Assembly: GCA_964560675.1 (NCBI GenBank)
Contig: CAZLMA010000005.1
Span: 7,473-71,472 of the forward strand
From: an uncultured Subdoligranulum sp.
Lineage (GTDB): Bacteria; Bacillota; Clostridia; Oscillospirales; Ruminococcaceae
DNA length: 64,000 bases
Reading direction: 5' to 3'
The notes beneath the pieces are model-generated. The model made no database searches and had not been told where the DNA came from. It worked only from the letters and a program-made list of their open reading frames with translations. Of this stretch, positions 48,978 through 58,659 are shown piece after piece. Numbering within the stretch: position 1 is the first letter of the stretch; each line of letters starts with the position of its first letter. The position numbers were made by a program, and so were the translations under genes.

Positions 48978-51479
48978 TTATTCCGTTTCTGATTCTGTTT
49001 GCGATTCTGTCTGTGCGGCAGCCTCCGGTGGATTCTCTCCCGGGGGTTGCTCGGTTAGCAAGGTTACAACGGTTCCCAGTTCGACACTGCTATCCGCCGC
49101 CACGTCCTGCTCGATCACCTGTGCGTTCTCGTCGCCCGAAATCCGCACATTGAGGCCGGCGGCTTTTAACATCTGCGCGGCAGCGGCACCGGTCTTCCCC
49201 ACCGCATTGGGCACATTCGTGCTCTGCCCAGTCGAGGACTGCGTATAGAGATATACCGTAGAGCCGACGGGCACTTGCATGCCGGCGTAGGGATACTGAT
49301 AGGCCACAGTACCGCTGGCCCCGATCACCTGATGGTTAAGGCCGATTTTGTTCAAGGTGACCTGGGCGGTAGCCCATGCGGTTCCCACCGTATTTTCCAC
49401 CTGCACATCCCCACTCGGGGTGTATTCGGCGGCTTGCTCGATACCCAGGTAGGGCGCCACTTCACTGAGAATGTTGCCGACAACCGGTACCACCACATCC
49501 GATGCGAATTCCGAGGCGGCGCGCGGATCATCCAGCATGACAAAGACCTCAATCTCCGGATCATTCATGGGCAACACACCGGTAAAACTCATGGCGTAGC
49601 GGTAGGTGCCGTTCCATTTTTCGGAATTGTACAGCTGCTCCGCCGTGCCGGATTTTCCGCCGATCCTATATCCCGCCACATAGGCATTTTTGCAGGAGTG
49701 ATAAGCGTTGTCGGTGCCGTTGCCGACGTTATACTCCATCATGTCGCGCAGCTGCGCGCTCACCTGCTCAGAAATAACTTGCCGGCGTATCGTCGTCTCG
49801 TGCTTTTGGATAATGTTGCCGTCCTGATCCGTAACGGTATCGACGACATACGGAGTGACCAGATACCCGCCGTTTGTCACGGCGGCTACCGCGGTAGCCA
49901 TCTGGATGGGGGTAATCGCCATATTCTGACCGAAAGATGCAGAGAGCAGGTTGGTCTCGGTCTGTTCGAGATCCGCTTCGTCATAATAGATCATCCAGCG
50001 GGTCTCGTTGGGCAGATCGATACCGCTCGGCTCTGTAAAGCCGAAAGCATCGAAATAGTCAAAAAAAGTGTGCGCACTGATGTACTTTCCCAGCTGTGCA
50101 AAATAGATATTGCAGCTGTTGTTGATGGCCGTGCCCATGTCCTGCACGCCATGTGCTCTGCCCTGCGCGCATGTGTAGGTGTGCTCCCATCCCGTACCGG
50201 CATTGACCACATACGCGCCGCTGCAGGAAAAAGTCTGTTCTTTGGTAGCGATACCGGAATCCAGCGCGGCAGAGGCTGTGATCAGCTTGAACACAGAACC
50301 TGGGTAATACAATTCTGTCAGATTTTTGTTTTTCCACTGCGCCTCGCGCATCATTCCCTGCACGGTTGTGTATTCATCCTCGTCGATCGCGCCGTCCGCC
50401 ACGATATCCGCGACTTCATCCTCGCCCAGCCGGCTTTCCAGAACGGCAATGGATTCGGCATCCAGTGTTTCACTGTCCAAAATGGTGCGCAGCGTCTCAT
50501 CATAAATCTCAAAGGGTTCGTTCGGATCAAACTGGTTGAGCGTCGCCATTGCCAGGATCGCGCCCGTTTTGACGTTCATCACGATGGCGCACCCGCGGTT
50601 TTGCACATGGTTATCCTGGATTGCCTGTGCAAGGTATCGCTCCGCGATCTGCTGCACATTCTCGTCAATGGTCAGATGCAGATCATAGCCGTCTATCGCC
50701 GGGTAGGTCACCGTATTGGAATCCTCCAGCTCATATCCATTGGCGCTGGTTGAGCCAACGACCCGCCCCGGCGTGCCAGAGAGCAGCTCATCATATGACT
50801 TCTCAAGGCCGTAGAAGCCCTTCCCGTCATTGTCAACAAAGCCGATCACAGAGGACATAAAGGAACCGTACGGATAGCTGCGGGAAAAATTTTGTTCGCG
50901 GTACAGCGTGAGCACGCGCGCTCCCTTTTGCGGCGTGACGCCATCCCGCTGCATCAAAATGTTTCCTTCCTCGTCGCGCTTGGGCACACAGAAATTGCGC
51001 GCAAATTCCAAAACGGCGTCGGCAGTCGGCATATCTAAGCCTTTGGCCAAAACGCGGTAGGCGTAGCGCTCTCCTTTGCTGTTCCTGGCGTTGAGGATCG
51101 CCAGCAAATCCTCCGCGGTGGTTCCGTCATTGAGAATCGCCGCAATTTCCTCGCAGCCCTTTGTAAGGTACGCCTCGCCCTCCTCGGTGATCTGGGAGGG
51201 ATCCGCAATAATGCTCCATACAACGCTGCTCTTGGCAATCAATTTGCCGGTTGCGCCGTAAACGGAGCCACGCGTCGCGGGAATCACGGTGTCGGAAAGC
51301 TGCTGCTGCATGGCCTCGGCGCGATAGGTTGCGCCGTCGCGCAGCTGCAGTGCGTACAGCTGATAAATCAGAAGTCCGAATCCGAAAATGAGAAAGAAGG
51401 ACATGAGGGCCAGCGTGCGCGCGCGCATACCGTTGCTGACGGTGGGATTTTTGTCATTTTTTTGCGGAGAATGTTCCAT
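48978..51479 (-). CDS. Class B penicillin-binding protein (FtsI/SpoVD-like) with PASTA domains
   Basis: PGSVFK (SxxK), SCN, KSGT; C-terminal PASTA-like repeats. Confidence 0.92.
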   Translation of the reverse strand: MEHSPQKNDKNPTVSNGMRARTLALMSFFLIFGFGLLIYQLYALQLRDGATYRAEAMQQQLSDTVIPATRGSVYGATGKLIAKSSVVWSIIADPSQITEEGEAYLTKGCEEIAAILNDGTTAEDLLAILNARNSKGERYAYRVLAKGLDMPTADAVLEFARNFCVPKRDEEGNILMQRDGVTPQKGARVLTLYREQNFSRSYPYGSFMSSVIGFVDNDGKGFYGLEKSYDELLSGTPGRVVGSTSANGYELEDSNTVTYPAIDGYDLHLTIDENVQQIAERYLAQAIQDNHVQNRGCAIVMNVKTGAILAMATLNQFDPNEPFEIYDETLRTILDSETLDAESIAVLESRLGEDEVADIVADGAIDEDEYTTVQGMMREAQWKNKNLTELYYPGSVFKLITASAALDSGIATKEQTFSCSGAYVVNAGTGWEHTYTCAQGRAHGVQDMGTAINNSCNIYFAQLGKYISAHTFFDYFDAFGFTEPSGIDLPNETRWMIYYDEADLEQTETNLLSASFGQNMAITPIQMATAVAAVTNGGYLVTPYVVDTVTDQDGNIIQKHETTIRRQVISEQVSAQLRDMMEYNVGNGTDNAYHSCKNAYVAGYRIGGKSGTAEQLYNSEKWNGTYRYAMSFTGVLPMNDPEIEVFVMLDDPRAASEFASDVVVPVVGNILSEVAPYLGIEQAAEYTPSGDVQVENTVGTAWATAQVTLNKIGLNHQVIGASGTVAYQYPYAGMQVPVGSTVYLYTQSSTGQSTNVPNAVGKTGAAAAQMLKAAGLNVRISGDENAQVIEQDVAADSSVELGTVVTLLTEQPPGENPPEAAAQTESQTESETE

Positions 51480-51668
51480 CTGTCAGATCTCTCTTACAGC
51501 CAGCATGTCGATACAACGATGCTTTTTATAGAAGTTTTTTTCGTACTCTTGTTGATCCTTAGGAGCGAACCGCCATTCGACGTTGATTTTTTACCGACGG
51601 GAAAAGGCCCGGTTGCAAAACCGGGCTGCCATTCGCAGGGATCCTATCGTCACAAAAGGGGTCACTGT

Positions 51669-52154
51669 TCATGACGCCGGACTACCTATCAAACTGAGCA
51701 ATGTGGTCTTTAAATCGCTGAAAAAGGCGAAAGGCTCATTTTCCGTGCGCTCTACGCACGTTTCATCTTGTAAGCGGATATAGGTAATCTGGTCATTGCC
51801 GGATTTTACAAGTCCCAACTCACCTTCCGCGATCTGCTGCACATTGGCATTGGTCGTGATCGAACTCATTTGGGAGGAGAGATAGTCATATGTGCTCTTT
51901 GCATTGGTCAGTTCCTGACGTGTTTCGTCTATCTCACTGGAGAGCCGTGTGACTTGCGCCTGGCTGTAGATCACCGACACGACCATCGCCAGGATGACAG
52001 CGCCGACCAACACGCCCGCCGCCTGCCGTTTTCTTTGCTGCGCTTTTTTACGGCCGCGGCGCGCTGCGCGCGCGCGCTGTGACCGTGCGCTCAGACCAGA
52101 CCCATCACGGCGTGATATCTGCACTTTTTGCGCCGCGGAAGCGTTCGTTGGCAT
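51669..52154 (-). CDS. FtsL-like cell division protein
   Basis: Basic N-terminus, one TM, coiled coil; lies between rsmH and the PBP. Confidence 0.75.
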   Translation of the reverse strand: MPTNASAAQKVQISRRDGSGLSARSQRARAARRGRKKAQQRKRQAAGVLVGAVILAMVVSVIYSQAQVTRLSSEIDETRQELTNAKSTYDYLSSQMSSITTNANVQQIAEGELGLVKSGNDQITYIRLQDETCVERTENEPFAFFSDLKTTLLSLIGSPAS

Positions 52155-52188
52155 GGCGTCCCTCTCCCCTCTTGATCGTATTCGCGCT

Positions 52189-53112
52189 TCATAGCTTTTC
52201 CAGCACGCGCAGCTTTGCGCTGCGGCTGCGCCGGTTCTCGGCTTGTTCCGCCTCATCCGGCACAATCGGTTTGTGTGCGATCAATTTCGCCTTCGGCTTG
52301 CCGCCGCAGACGCAGACCGGCCATTCCGGCGGGCAGGTACAAGAAGACGCCCAGCGCCGGAACTTGTTCTTTACGATGCGATCTTCTAAACTGTGAAACG
52401 TGATCACACACAAACGTCCGCTGGGGGCAAGCAGCGTAAAAATAGAATCCAGTCCCTCGTTTAAGGCGTCCAACTCGCCATTGACAGCAATCCGGAGCGC
52501 CTGAAAGCTGCGCCGCGCCGGATTTTTATGCTTGCGGCGCTCTTTTGGTGGAATCGCGCTCGCGACCAGCGCGGCAAGTTGCCCGGTCGTTGTGATCGGG
52601 TGGTTGACCCGCTCGGTTACAATTTTACGCGCAATGCGCTCTGCATACGGCTCTTCCCCGTAGAGGCTGAGTATGCGGGACAACTGCTCTTGTGAGAGCG
52701 TGTTGACCAGATCGGCCGCGGACGTTCCCGTTTGGCTCATGCGCATATCTAACGGCGCGTCATGCAGGTAACTAAAACCTCGCTTCGCATTGTCCATTTG
52801 AGAACTCGACACGCCCAAATCAAGCAGCGCGCCGTTGAGCGCCGGAATTTTCCGCTGCGCCAGTACGGCAGCGGCATCCCGATAATTGGCGAGAATCACT
52901 TCTGCGGGCAGCCCCGCGAGCCTTTGCGCCGCAACCGCCACCGCGTCCGGATCCCGATCGAGCGCGATCAGACGCCCGGTGGTCAAACGTGCGGCGATCG
53001 CAAGGCTGTGACCAGCGCCGCCAACGGTCCCGTCTAGATATACCCCATCTGCACGGATGTTCAGCCCTTCTACACAGGCTTGCAGCATGACAGGAGTATG
53101 GCAATATTGCAA
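52189..53112 (-). CDS. rsmH: 16S rRNA m4C1402 methyltransferase
   Basis: HTPVML, DGTVGGAGHS, DLGVSS.Q, PLDMRM, FQALRIAVN, FHSLEDR, RSRSAKLR. Confidence 0.98.
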   Translation of the reverse strand: MQYCHTPVMLQACVEGLNIRADGVYLDGTVGGAGHSLAIAARLTTGRLIALDRDPDAVAVAAQRLAGLPAEVILANYRDAAAVLAQRKIPALNGALLDLGVSSSQMDNAKRGFSYLHDAPLDMRMSQTGTSAADLVNTLSQEQLSRILSLYGEEPYAERIARKIVTERVNHPITTTGQLAALVASAIPPKERRKHKNPARRSFQALRIAVNGELDALNEGLDSIFTLLAPSGRLCVITFHSLEDRIVKNKFRRWASSCTCPPEWPVCVCGGKPKAKLIAHKPIVPDEAEQAENRRSRSAKLRVLEKL

Positions 53113-53143
53113 GGTTACACCCCCTGCCCGCTGCGCTCGTGTT

Positions 53144-53560
53144 TCAAAAATCCAGCTCTTCCATCAAGGCGGTAAAGTCCTCGTCTGCCGCTGCCTGGCT
53201 CTCGTTCCAGATTTGGGTATTCCATATCTCGGCAAAGCTACGGCTGCCGATGATGCTGACATCGTGGTCAAGGTGGGCGTATTCCCGCAGCCGACTGGGC
53301 AGTTGGACGCGCCCCTGTTTGTCAGGCGAGACCTCCACCGCTGCGCTGAAAAACGCACGACTGGCCGCGCGGCTGCGAACAATCCCCTTCTCTTCAATCT
53401 TCTGCGCAAGCGCTTCAAACGCGGCTTTCGGGAATGCCGCCAGGCTGTGGTCAAGCCAACGTGTTACATAGAACACATCGCCCATTTCCTCGCGGAACTT
53501 GGCTGGAAAGTTGATGCGTCCTTTGTTGTCAATCGCATAGTCATACTGTCCGACCAGCAT
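53144..53560 (-). CDS. mraZ: Transcriptional regulator MraZ
   Basis: IDNKGRINFP and PDKQGRVQLP repeats; first dcw gene. Confidence 0.95.
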   Translation of the reverse strand: MLVGQYDYAIDNKGRINFPAKFREEMGDVFYVTRWLDHSLAAFPKAAFEALAQKIEEKGIVRSRAASRAFFSAAVEVSPDKQGRVQLPSRLREYAHLDHDVSIIGSRSFAEIWNTQIWNESQAAADEDFTALMEELDF

Positions 53561-53698
53561 ACAGGACGCCCCCCTTCCTGCAACAGTAACCCCGATGCCC
53601 GGGTAGAACCAATTCTTCCCCGCCCGCTAACGCAGTGCGCCATTCCTTCCTTGCGCAGAAGGTACCAACGAAAAATGATGGTTGGGTTTTTTATCTTC

Positions 53699-53743
53699 CC
53701 CACTTAAAACCATTTTATTACATTTTTATCCATTTTTACCCAC
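53699..53743 (-). promoter_or_regulatory. Probable MraZ operator: five direct repeats at a 10-bp period
   Basis: Minus strand GTGGG, ATGGA, ATGTA, ATGGT, GTGGG; resembles known TGGGN MraZ boxes. Confidence 0.75.
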
Positions 53744-53861
53744 TCGCTGTTCAACAGTATAGCATACCATCAAAAAAAATCAAGCCCGCAGCAAACAAAA
53801 ACTGTCTGCTGCGGGCAAAGAATCGGGAAAATGGCGGGCCTTAGGGCGCCTTAGGCTTATC

Positions 53862-54347
53862 TTATTGCTGCGGTTTGCGCGCCTGTGCGGGGCGTTTGGA
53901 AGCGGCATTGCGCAAATTTAGCCGCGTTGATTTGATGCCGGCGATACTGCGGTTGAGGGCGTCCTCAGATTTTTTGAGCACATCCTCGCAGTAATTGTTC
54001 GCGCTGCGCATCAATTCCTCTGACTTGGTCTTGGCATTAGAGAGCAAATCCGATGCGTACTTTTTTGATCGTTTTACGATTTCCTGATCGCTGACCAACA
54101 CGCGGGCGCGCTCTTCGGCCTGCTTGATGATGTTTTCCCCTTCCTGACGTGCGATTGCCAGGATCTGCTCGCGGTCAGCGACTATTTTTTTACTGTCCCT
54201 GATCTCATCTGGCAGATTGTTGCGTACTTCATCGATGATATCCCGCATGCGGTCGACATCGACCACGCGTTTGGCAGCCGCGAAAGGGATCGCGGTACCC
54301 TCCTCTAAGGTTTCTTCCATCAGATCCAGCAGTTGATCAACGCTCAT
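53862..54347 (-). CDS. Conserved coiled-coil protein of the type usually found after rsmD-coaD in Clostridia
   Basis: LLDLMEETLEEG..IPF...VVD...IIDEVR.NLP pattern, coiled coil. Confidence 0.8.
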   Translation of the reverse strand: MSVDQLLDLMEETLEEGTAIPFAAAKRVVDVDRMRDIIDEVRNNLPDEIRDSKKIVADREQILAIARQEGENIIKQAEERARVLVSDQEIVKRSKKYASDLLSNAKTKSEELMRSANNYCEDVLKKSEDALNRSIAGIKSTRLNLRNAASKRPAQARKPQQ

Positions 54348-54360
54348 GGATTTTCCTCCT

Positions 54361-54915
54361 TCATGTATTTAAAGTTTCTTTGCGCTCATAACGGGTGACG
54401 AGTACATTTCCGTACGGATATTGTTTGATTCTGCAAAGCGAGGCGTACTGTTGTGCCAGGGTGGCGGTGCGCTCGCTCTCTGCCAAAACGGCAGCGTTTG
54501 CGTTTAGCAAAGGGAGAAGCTGCGGGAGCACTTTAGGCAGCGTATCATATCCGAAGGGCGGATCCAAAAAAACAAGGTCATAGGTCTCGCGGGGGTGTGC
54601 GAGAAACGCAAAAACATCCGTTACGATGACCGCTGCCTTGTCTTGCACATGGGCCGCGCGGCAGTTTTCGCCGATGATCCGGGCGGCGCGATGGGAACAA
54701 TCGACGAAGGCGCAGCGCGCCGCGCCGCGCGAGAGAGCCTCGATACCCAGTTGCCCGCTGCCCGCAAAGAGATCCAGAACCTTTGATCCCGGTACCAAAA
54801 ACTGTATGGCGGAAAACATGCCCTCTTTTACGCGGCTCAGCGTAGGGCGTGTAACGTTGGTTCCCGGCAGCGTATGAAGGACCGTGCCGCGGGCACTGCC
54901 GGATATCACGCGCAT
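54361..54915 (-). CDS. rsmD: 16S rRNA m2G966 methyltransferase
   Basis: MRVISGSARG, RPTLSRVKE, LDLFAGSGQLGIEALSRGA, FLDPPF. Confidence 0.96.
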   Translation of the reverse strand: MRVISGSARGTVLHTLPGTNVTRPTLSRVKEGMFSAIQFLVPGSKVLDLFAGSGQLGIEALSRGAARCAFVDCSHRAARIIGENCRAAHVQDKAAVIVTDVFAFLAHPRETYDLVFLDPPFGYDTLPKVLPQLLPLLNANAAVLAESERTATLAQQYASLCRIKQYPYGNVLVTRYERKETLNT

Positions 54916-55002
54916 CGTGTTGCCTCCCCGCTTTTTTTACGCTCTCATTATCCGGCGTTTTACCACCCTTGTCAAGACCGATATACACAAACCGAAAAGG
55001 AT

Positions 55003-56847
55003 TTACCTGTGCAGGGCGTTGTAGATCTTTTCCGCCATCGTATGGCTGATTCCTTTGACTTCTTCCAGCTCCCCGATGCTCGCCTGCCTCACCGCCTTCA
55101 CGTTCTTAAACTGCTTAAGCAGCGCATCGCTTGTCTTGGGGCCGACGCCGGGAATTTGCGTAAGTGTGCTTGTGTAGGATTTCTTTTTCATCGCCCGCTT
55201 GCGGTAATCGTTGGCGAAGCGGTGTGTCTCGTTTTGAATGTTCGTCAAAAACGTGAAAATGTTGCGGTTGCGATTGATGGCGATCTCGCCGCCCTTGTCA
55301 TCCACGATGGCGCGGGTTCGGTGGTGATCGTCCTTGACAAGGCCGAATGTCGGTACCAATTGAAAAGCCGTTCCGGCTAACACCTTTTTGACGGCATGCA
55401 CCTGCCCCCGACCGCCGTCAAGCAAGATAAGATCCGGCATTACGGCAAACTGGTTTGCGGGCGAATCCGGTTTTTCGCCGCGTTGGGCCATCTCGTACTC
55501 CGCTACGCGGCGCGAGAGGGTCTCGGCCAGCGACGCGTAGTCATCGGTTCCCTGCACCGATTTGATCGCGAAGCGCCGGTAACCGCTGCGGTAGGGTTTT
55601 CCATCCTGGAAGACCACCATACCGCAAACGTTCGCCTCGTTGCCCCAGTTGGAGATGTCATAGCTCTCGATGATCCGCGGCGGGTTCGCGATTCCCAGAA
55701 CCTGCGCGACTTCTTCCAGAAGTTTTTCTTCCCGTGAATAGCGGCCGCTCTCGCGCCCGAGGCGCTCTACGGCGTTGGTGTACGCCATCGTTACCAATTT
55801 GGCGATGTCACCGCGCTTGGGCACATAGAGCGCAACCGCGCCGCCCCGCGCCTGCGCAAGCGCCTCGTTAAGCGCCTGATGATCCTCGGGCAGCGCATCA
55901 ACCGCCACCACCTTGGGGACGGTCTCGCCATTTAGGTAATACTGTGACAAAAATTCTTCCCGCACGGCGTCGCAGTCGGACGTATCATGAAAGACAAACT
56001 CTCTTTTGTCAACAAGGCGTCCCTCGCGGTAGCGCAGCACTGCCGCGCAGACGGCATTGCTGGTCCCAGCGAGAGCGATGACATCCATTTCTGTCTCTTC
56101 GCCGCGGATCACTTTCTGTCCTTGCGCCACGCGCTCAATGGCGCTGATCTGATCGCGCAGCAGCGCGGCCGTCTCAAAATCCAGACGCTCGGCGGCATTC
56201 GCCATCTTTTCCTGGAGCTGCTTGACGATGTCTTTTTTACCATACCGGATCATATGCAGCGCGGACTGCACCGCGTCGTTGTATGCCTCCTGGCTGATCT
56301 TTCCGCCGCAAACCGCCATACACTTCCCGATATGCGCATTCAAGCAGGGGCGTCCCCTGCCGATATCCCGCGGAAAGTCCTTGTCACATCGAGGGAGCAA
56401 AAAGCAGTCCTGTACAGTCTCAACCATCTCGCGCACCGCGAACGAGGAGGTAAATGGGCCGATGTAATCCGCCTGTGGATCATCTTTTTGAAGCACGGCG
56501 GAAATTCTCGGCCAATCTCCGCGGGTAACCTTGACATAGCTGTACCCCTTGTCGTCTTTTAGCAGAATGTTGTATTTCGGCGCGTGGGCTTTAATCTGGC
56601 TGGCCTCCAAAACAAGCGCCTCAAACTCGCTTTGGCAAACGATCACGTCAAAGGAAAAAGCGTTGTTGATCATCTGGGTTACCTTGGCGTCATGGGCAAC
56701 CCCCTCGCGAAAATACTGCGAGACCCGGGTGCGCAAGCGCTTGGCTTTCCCGATGTAGATGATGGTATCGCTTTTGTCCCGAATCGTATACACACCTGGC
56801 AAGAGCGGAAGCATACAAGCTTTTTTATAGAGCTCCTGTTTGGTCAC
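55003..56847 (-). CDS. uvrC: Excinuclease ABC subunit C
   Basis: GIY-YIG (PGVY...IYIGKAK.LR.RV), LLKDDKGY, IESYDISN, PDLILLDGG, HhH; GTG start inferred. Confidence 0.97.
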   Translation of the reverse strand: MTKQELYKKACMLPLLPGVYTIRDKSDTIIYIGKAKRLRTRVSQYFREGVAHDAKVTQMINNAFSFDVIVCQSEFEALVLEASQIKAHAPKYNILLKDDKGYSYVKVTRGDWPRISAVLQKDDPQADYIGPFTSSFAVREMVETVQDCFLLPRCDKDFPRDIGRGRPCLNAHIGKCMAVCGGKISQEAYNDAVQSALHMIRYGKKDIVKQLQEKMANAAERLDFETAALLRDQISAIERVAQGQKVIRGEETEMDVIALAGTSNAVCAAVLRYREGRLVDKREFVFHDTSDCDAVREEFLSQYYLNGETVPKVVAVDALPEDHQALNEALAQARGGAVALYVPKRGDIAKLVTMAYTNAVERLGRESGRYSREEKLLEEVAQVLGIANPPRIIESYDISNWGNEANVCGMVVFQDGKPYRSGYRRFAIKSVQGTDDYASLAETLSRRVAEYEMAQRGEKPDSPANQFAVMPDLILLDGGRGQVHAVKKVLAGTAFQLVPTFGLVKDDHHRTRAIVDDKGGEIAINRNRNIFTFLTNIQNETHRFANDYRKRAMKKKSYTSTLTQIPGVGPKTSDALLKQFKNVKAVRQASIGELEEVKGISHTMAEKIYNALHR

Positions 56848-56935
56848 GCACCACAAGCCCCCTTTTTGCGCCTGGCGTCGGATACAAAAACGCGGCAGGT
56901 CGCCCCGCCGTGCTTTTGATTCTGCCTAAAAAAAT

Positions 56936-57199
56936 TTACTCCGTAAATCCGGAATTGACCAGTTTAACAAGCCCGTCAACCGCCGCCTGCTCGTCAGAGC
57001 CGTCGGCGATGATGCGAATCGTCGTTCCGCCGACAATGCCGAGACTCAGCACGCCCAATAGACTTTTCGCATTGACGCGGCGTTCCTCTTTCTCGACCCA
57101 AATCGAGGCCTTGTACTCGTTCGCCTTCTGGATAAAAAATGTGGCAGGACGTGCATGCAGACCCACCTGGTTTTCAACGGTAACTTCTTTCACGTACAT
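56936..57199 (-). CDS. ptsH: Phosphocarrier protein HPr
   Basis: GLHARPA (His15) and VNAKSLLGVL (Ser46). Confidence 0.95.
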   Translation of the reverse strand: MYVKEVTVENQVGLHARPATFFIQKANEYKASIWVEKEERRVNAKSLLGVLSLGIVGGTTIRIIADGSDEQAAVDGLVKLVNSGFTE

Positions 57200-57488
57200 A
57201 GCTTATCTCCTATCCTCGCCCTGTTCTCGCAAAGCGCAGCCATGAGAGCCTTGAACGCTAAAAGCACTGACTAATAGGGCGGGGCTCCGTGAACCGCCAT
57301 ACTAGCGCCTATTTTATATGATACAAAGATTTTTGTACAGAGCCTTTCTGTATTTTTGGCATGATTCTTGTAATAAGGCATACCAAATCCTGTATCTTTG
57401 TACAGTTTTGCTAGGATTGTTTTCATAAAAAGCTTTGCCGATCTTACCCATATCCTTAAAATGCATACCTAGGGGAATGCGGTATCTT

Positions 57489-58649
57489 TTAAGGTGCCGC
57501 GCGATCGGGCGGCTGCAAAGCAACGCTTTTCACCCGTTTATAAAGGCACCTGTCAGGATCGGCAACATCCGCCGGCGCAAATCCCATACGGATCAAGAGG
57601 CGTTTGGCGGCGAGATTGTCCCTCTCCATGCATATGGTAGGTACTTTCCCCTCCCGCTCGATCTTTTTGCAGGCGAAATCCAGCATTTTGGTTCCGATCC
57701 CCTGCTCACGCCTGTCCAAAGCGACGTAGAGCGCGCCGATCTGCCCCGCCTCGCTGGAAAAACCTACAAAACCGTCCGCGCTGCCGTACGTGCTGTGCAA
57801 ATAAAAAGTGCAGTTCGCGGGTTCGTCAGCGCGGCATTCCACCTGCTTTTCGCCGCAGAGCGCCAGGAGTGCGTCCCTTTGCGCCTGTGTGCGCACAAGC
57901 TCCATGCGCTCCGACCGCTTCCACCTTGCCACGTCGGTCACGGGGTGGTTTGCCGCCCAGTGCTCATACAGATCCGGGCGTAAAGCCTTGGTGCGTTCCC
58001 GGCTTGCGCGCAGGCGCCACTGCGCAATTTTTTTGTGGTCGCCGGACAGAAGCACAGGCGGTACGCGGCGGCCCTCCCACACCTCAGGGCGCGTATACTG
58101 GGGGTACTCCAGCAAATCGTCCCAGTAACTCTCTTCTTCAAAGCCGCGCGGCTCGGCCAAAACGCCCGGCTGCAGGCGCAGCACACTGTCCGCCACAACC
58201 AGCGCCGCCAGCTCACCGCCGGTCACCACATAGTCGCCGATGGAGAGCACCTCATCCGCGAACGCATCGATCACGCGTTCATCGATGCCCTCGTAGTGAC
58301 CACACACAAGGGTAAGGCACTTATACTGGGCAAGGCGCCTGGCTTCCTGCTCCGTAAACGGGCGGCCCGACGCCGACATAAAAACGATGTGCGGCTTTGC
58401 GGCCCCTTCTTCGGCGCAGGCCTGTTGCACAGCGCGCAGGCAGTCGGCAATCGGCTGCGCATACAGTACCATGCCAGGGCCGCCGCCGTAGGGATAATCG
58501 TCCGTTTGGCGCTGTTTGTTTTTTGTGTAATCGCGGATCTGGTGAAAATAGGCGCGATACAGTCCGCACCTGGCGGCACGACCCAAAATGCTGGTCTGCA
58601 GATACTTCTCGCACAACTCCGGGAACAGCGTGACAAAATCCACTCGCAT
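57489..58649 (-). CDS. trmD: tRNA m1G37 methyltransferase TrmD fused to a C-terminal GNAT domain
   Basis: DDYPYGGGPGMV, CGHYEGIDERV, SIGDYVVTGGE, LEYPQYTRP; extension with LYVALDRREQGIGTKML. Confidence 0.93.
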   Translation of the reverse strand: MRVDFVTLFPELCEKYLQTSILGRAARCGLYRAYFHQIRDYTKNKQRQTDDYPYGGGPGMVLYAQPIADCLRAVQQACAEEGAAKPHIVFMSASGRPFTEQEARRLAQYKCLTLVCGHYEGIDERVIDAFADEVLSIGDYVVTGGELAALVVADSVLRLQPGVLAEPRGFEEESYWDDLLEYPQYTRPEVWEGRRVPPVLLSGDHKKIAQWRLRASRERTKALRPDLYEHWAANHPVTDVARWKRSERMELVRTQAQRDALLALCGEKQVECRADEPANCTFYLHSTYGSADGFVGFSSEAGQIGALYVALDRREQGIGTKMLDFACKKIEREGKVPTICMERDNLAAKRLLIRMGFAPADVADPDRCLYKRVKSVALQPPDRAAP

Positions 58650-58659
58650 AGGTCAGGCC

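Noticed and set aside
49275-50753. 492-aa ORF antisense to the PBP (also 46582-47550, 15799-16764, 31291-32223, 40172-40954)
   Set aside because: Shadow frames of GC3-rich genes; no RBS or recognisable motifs
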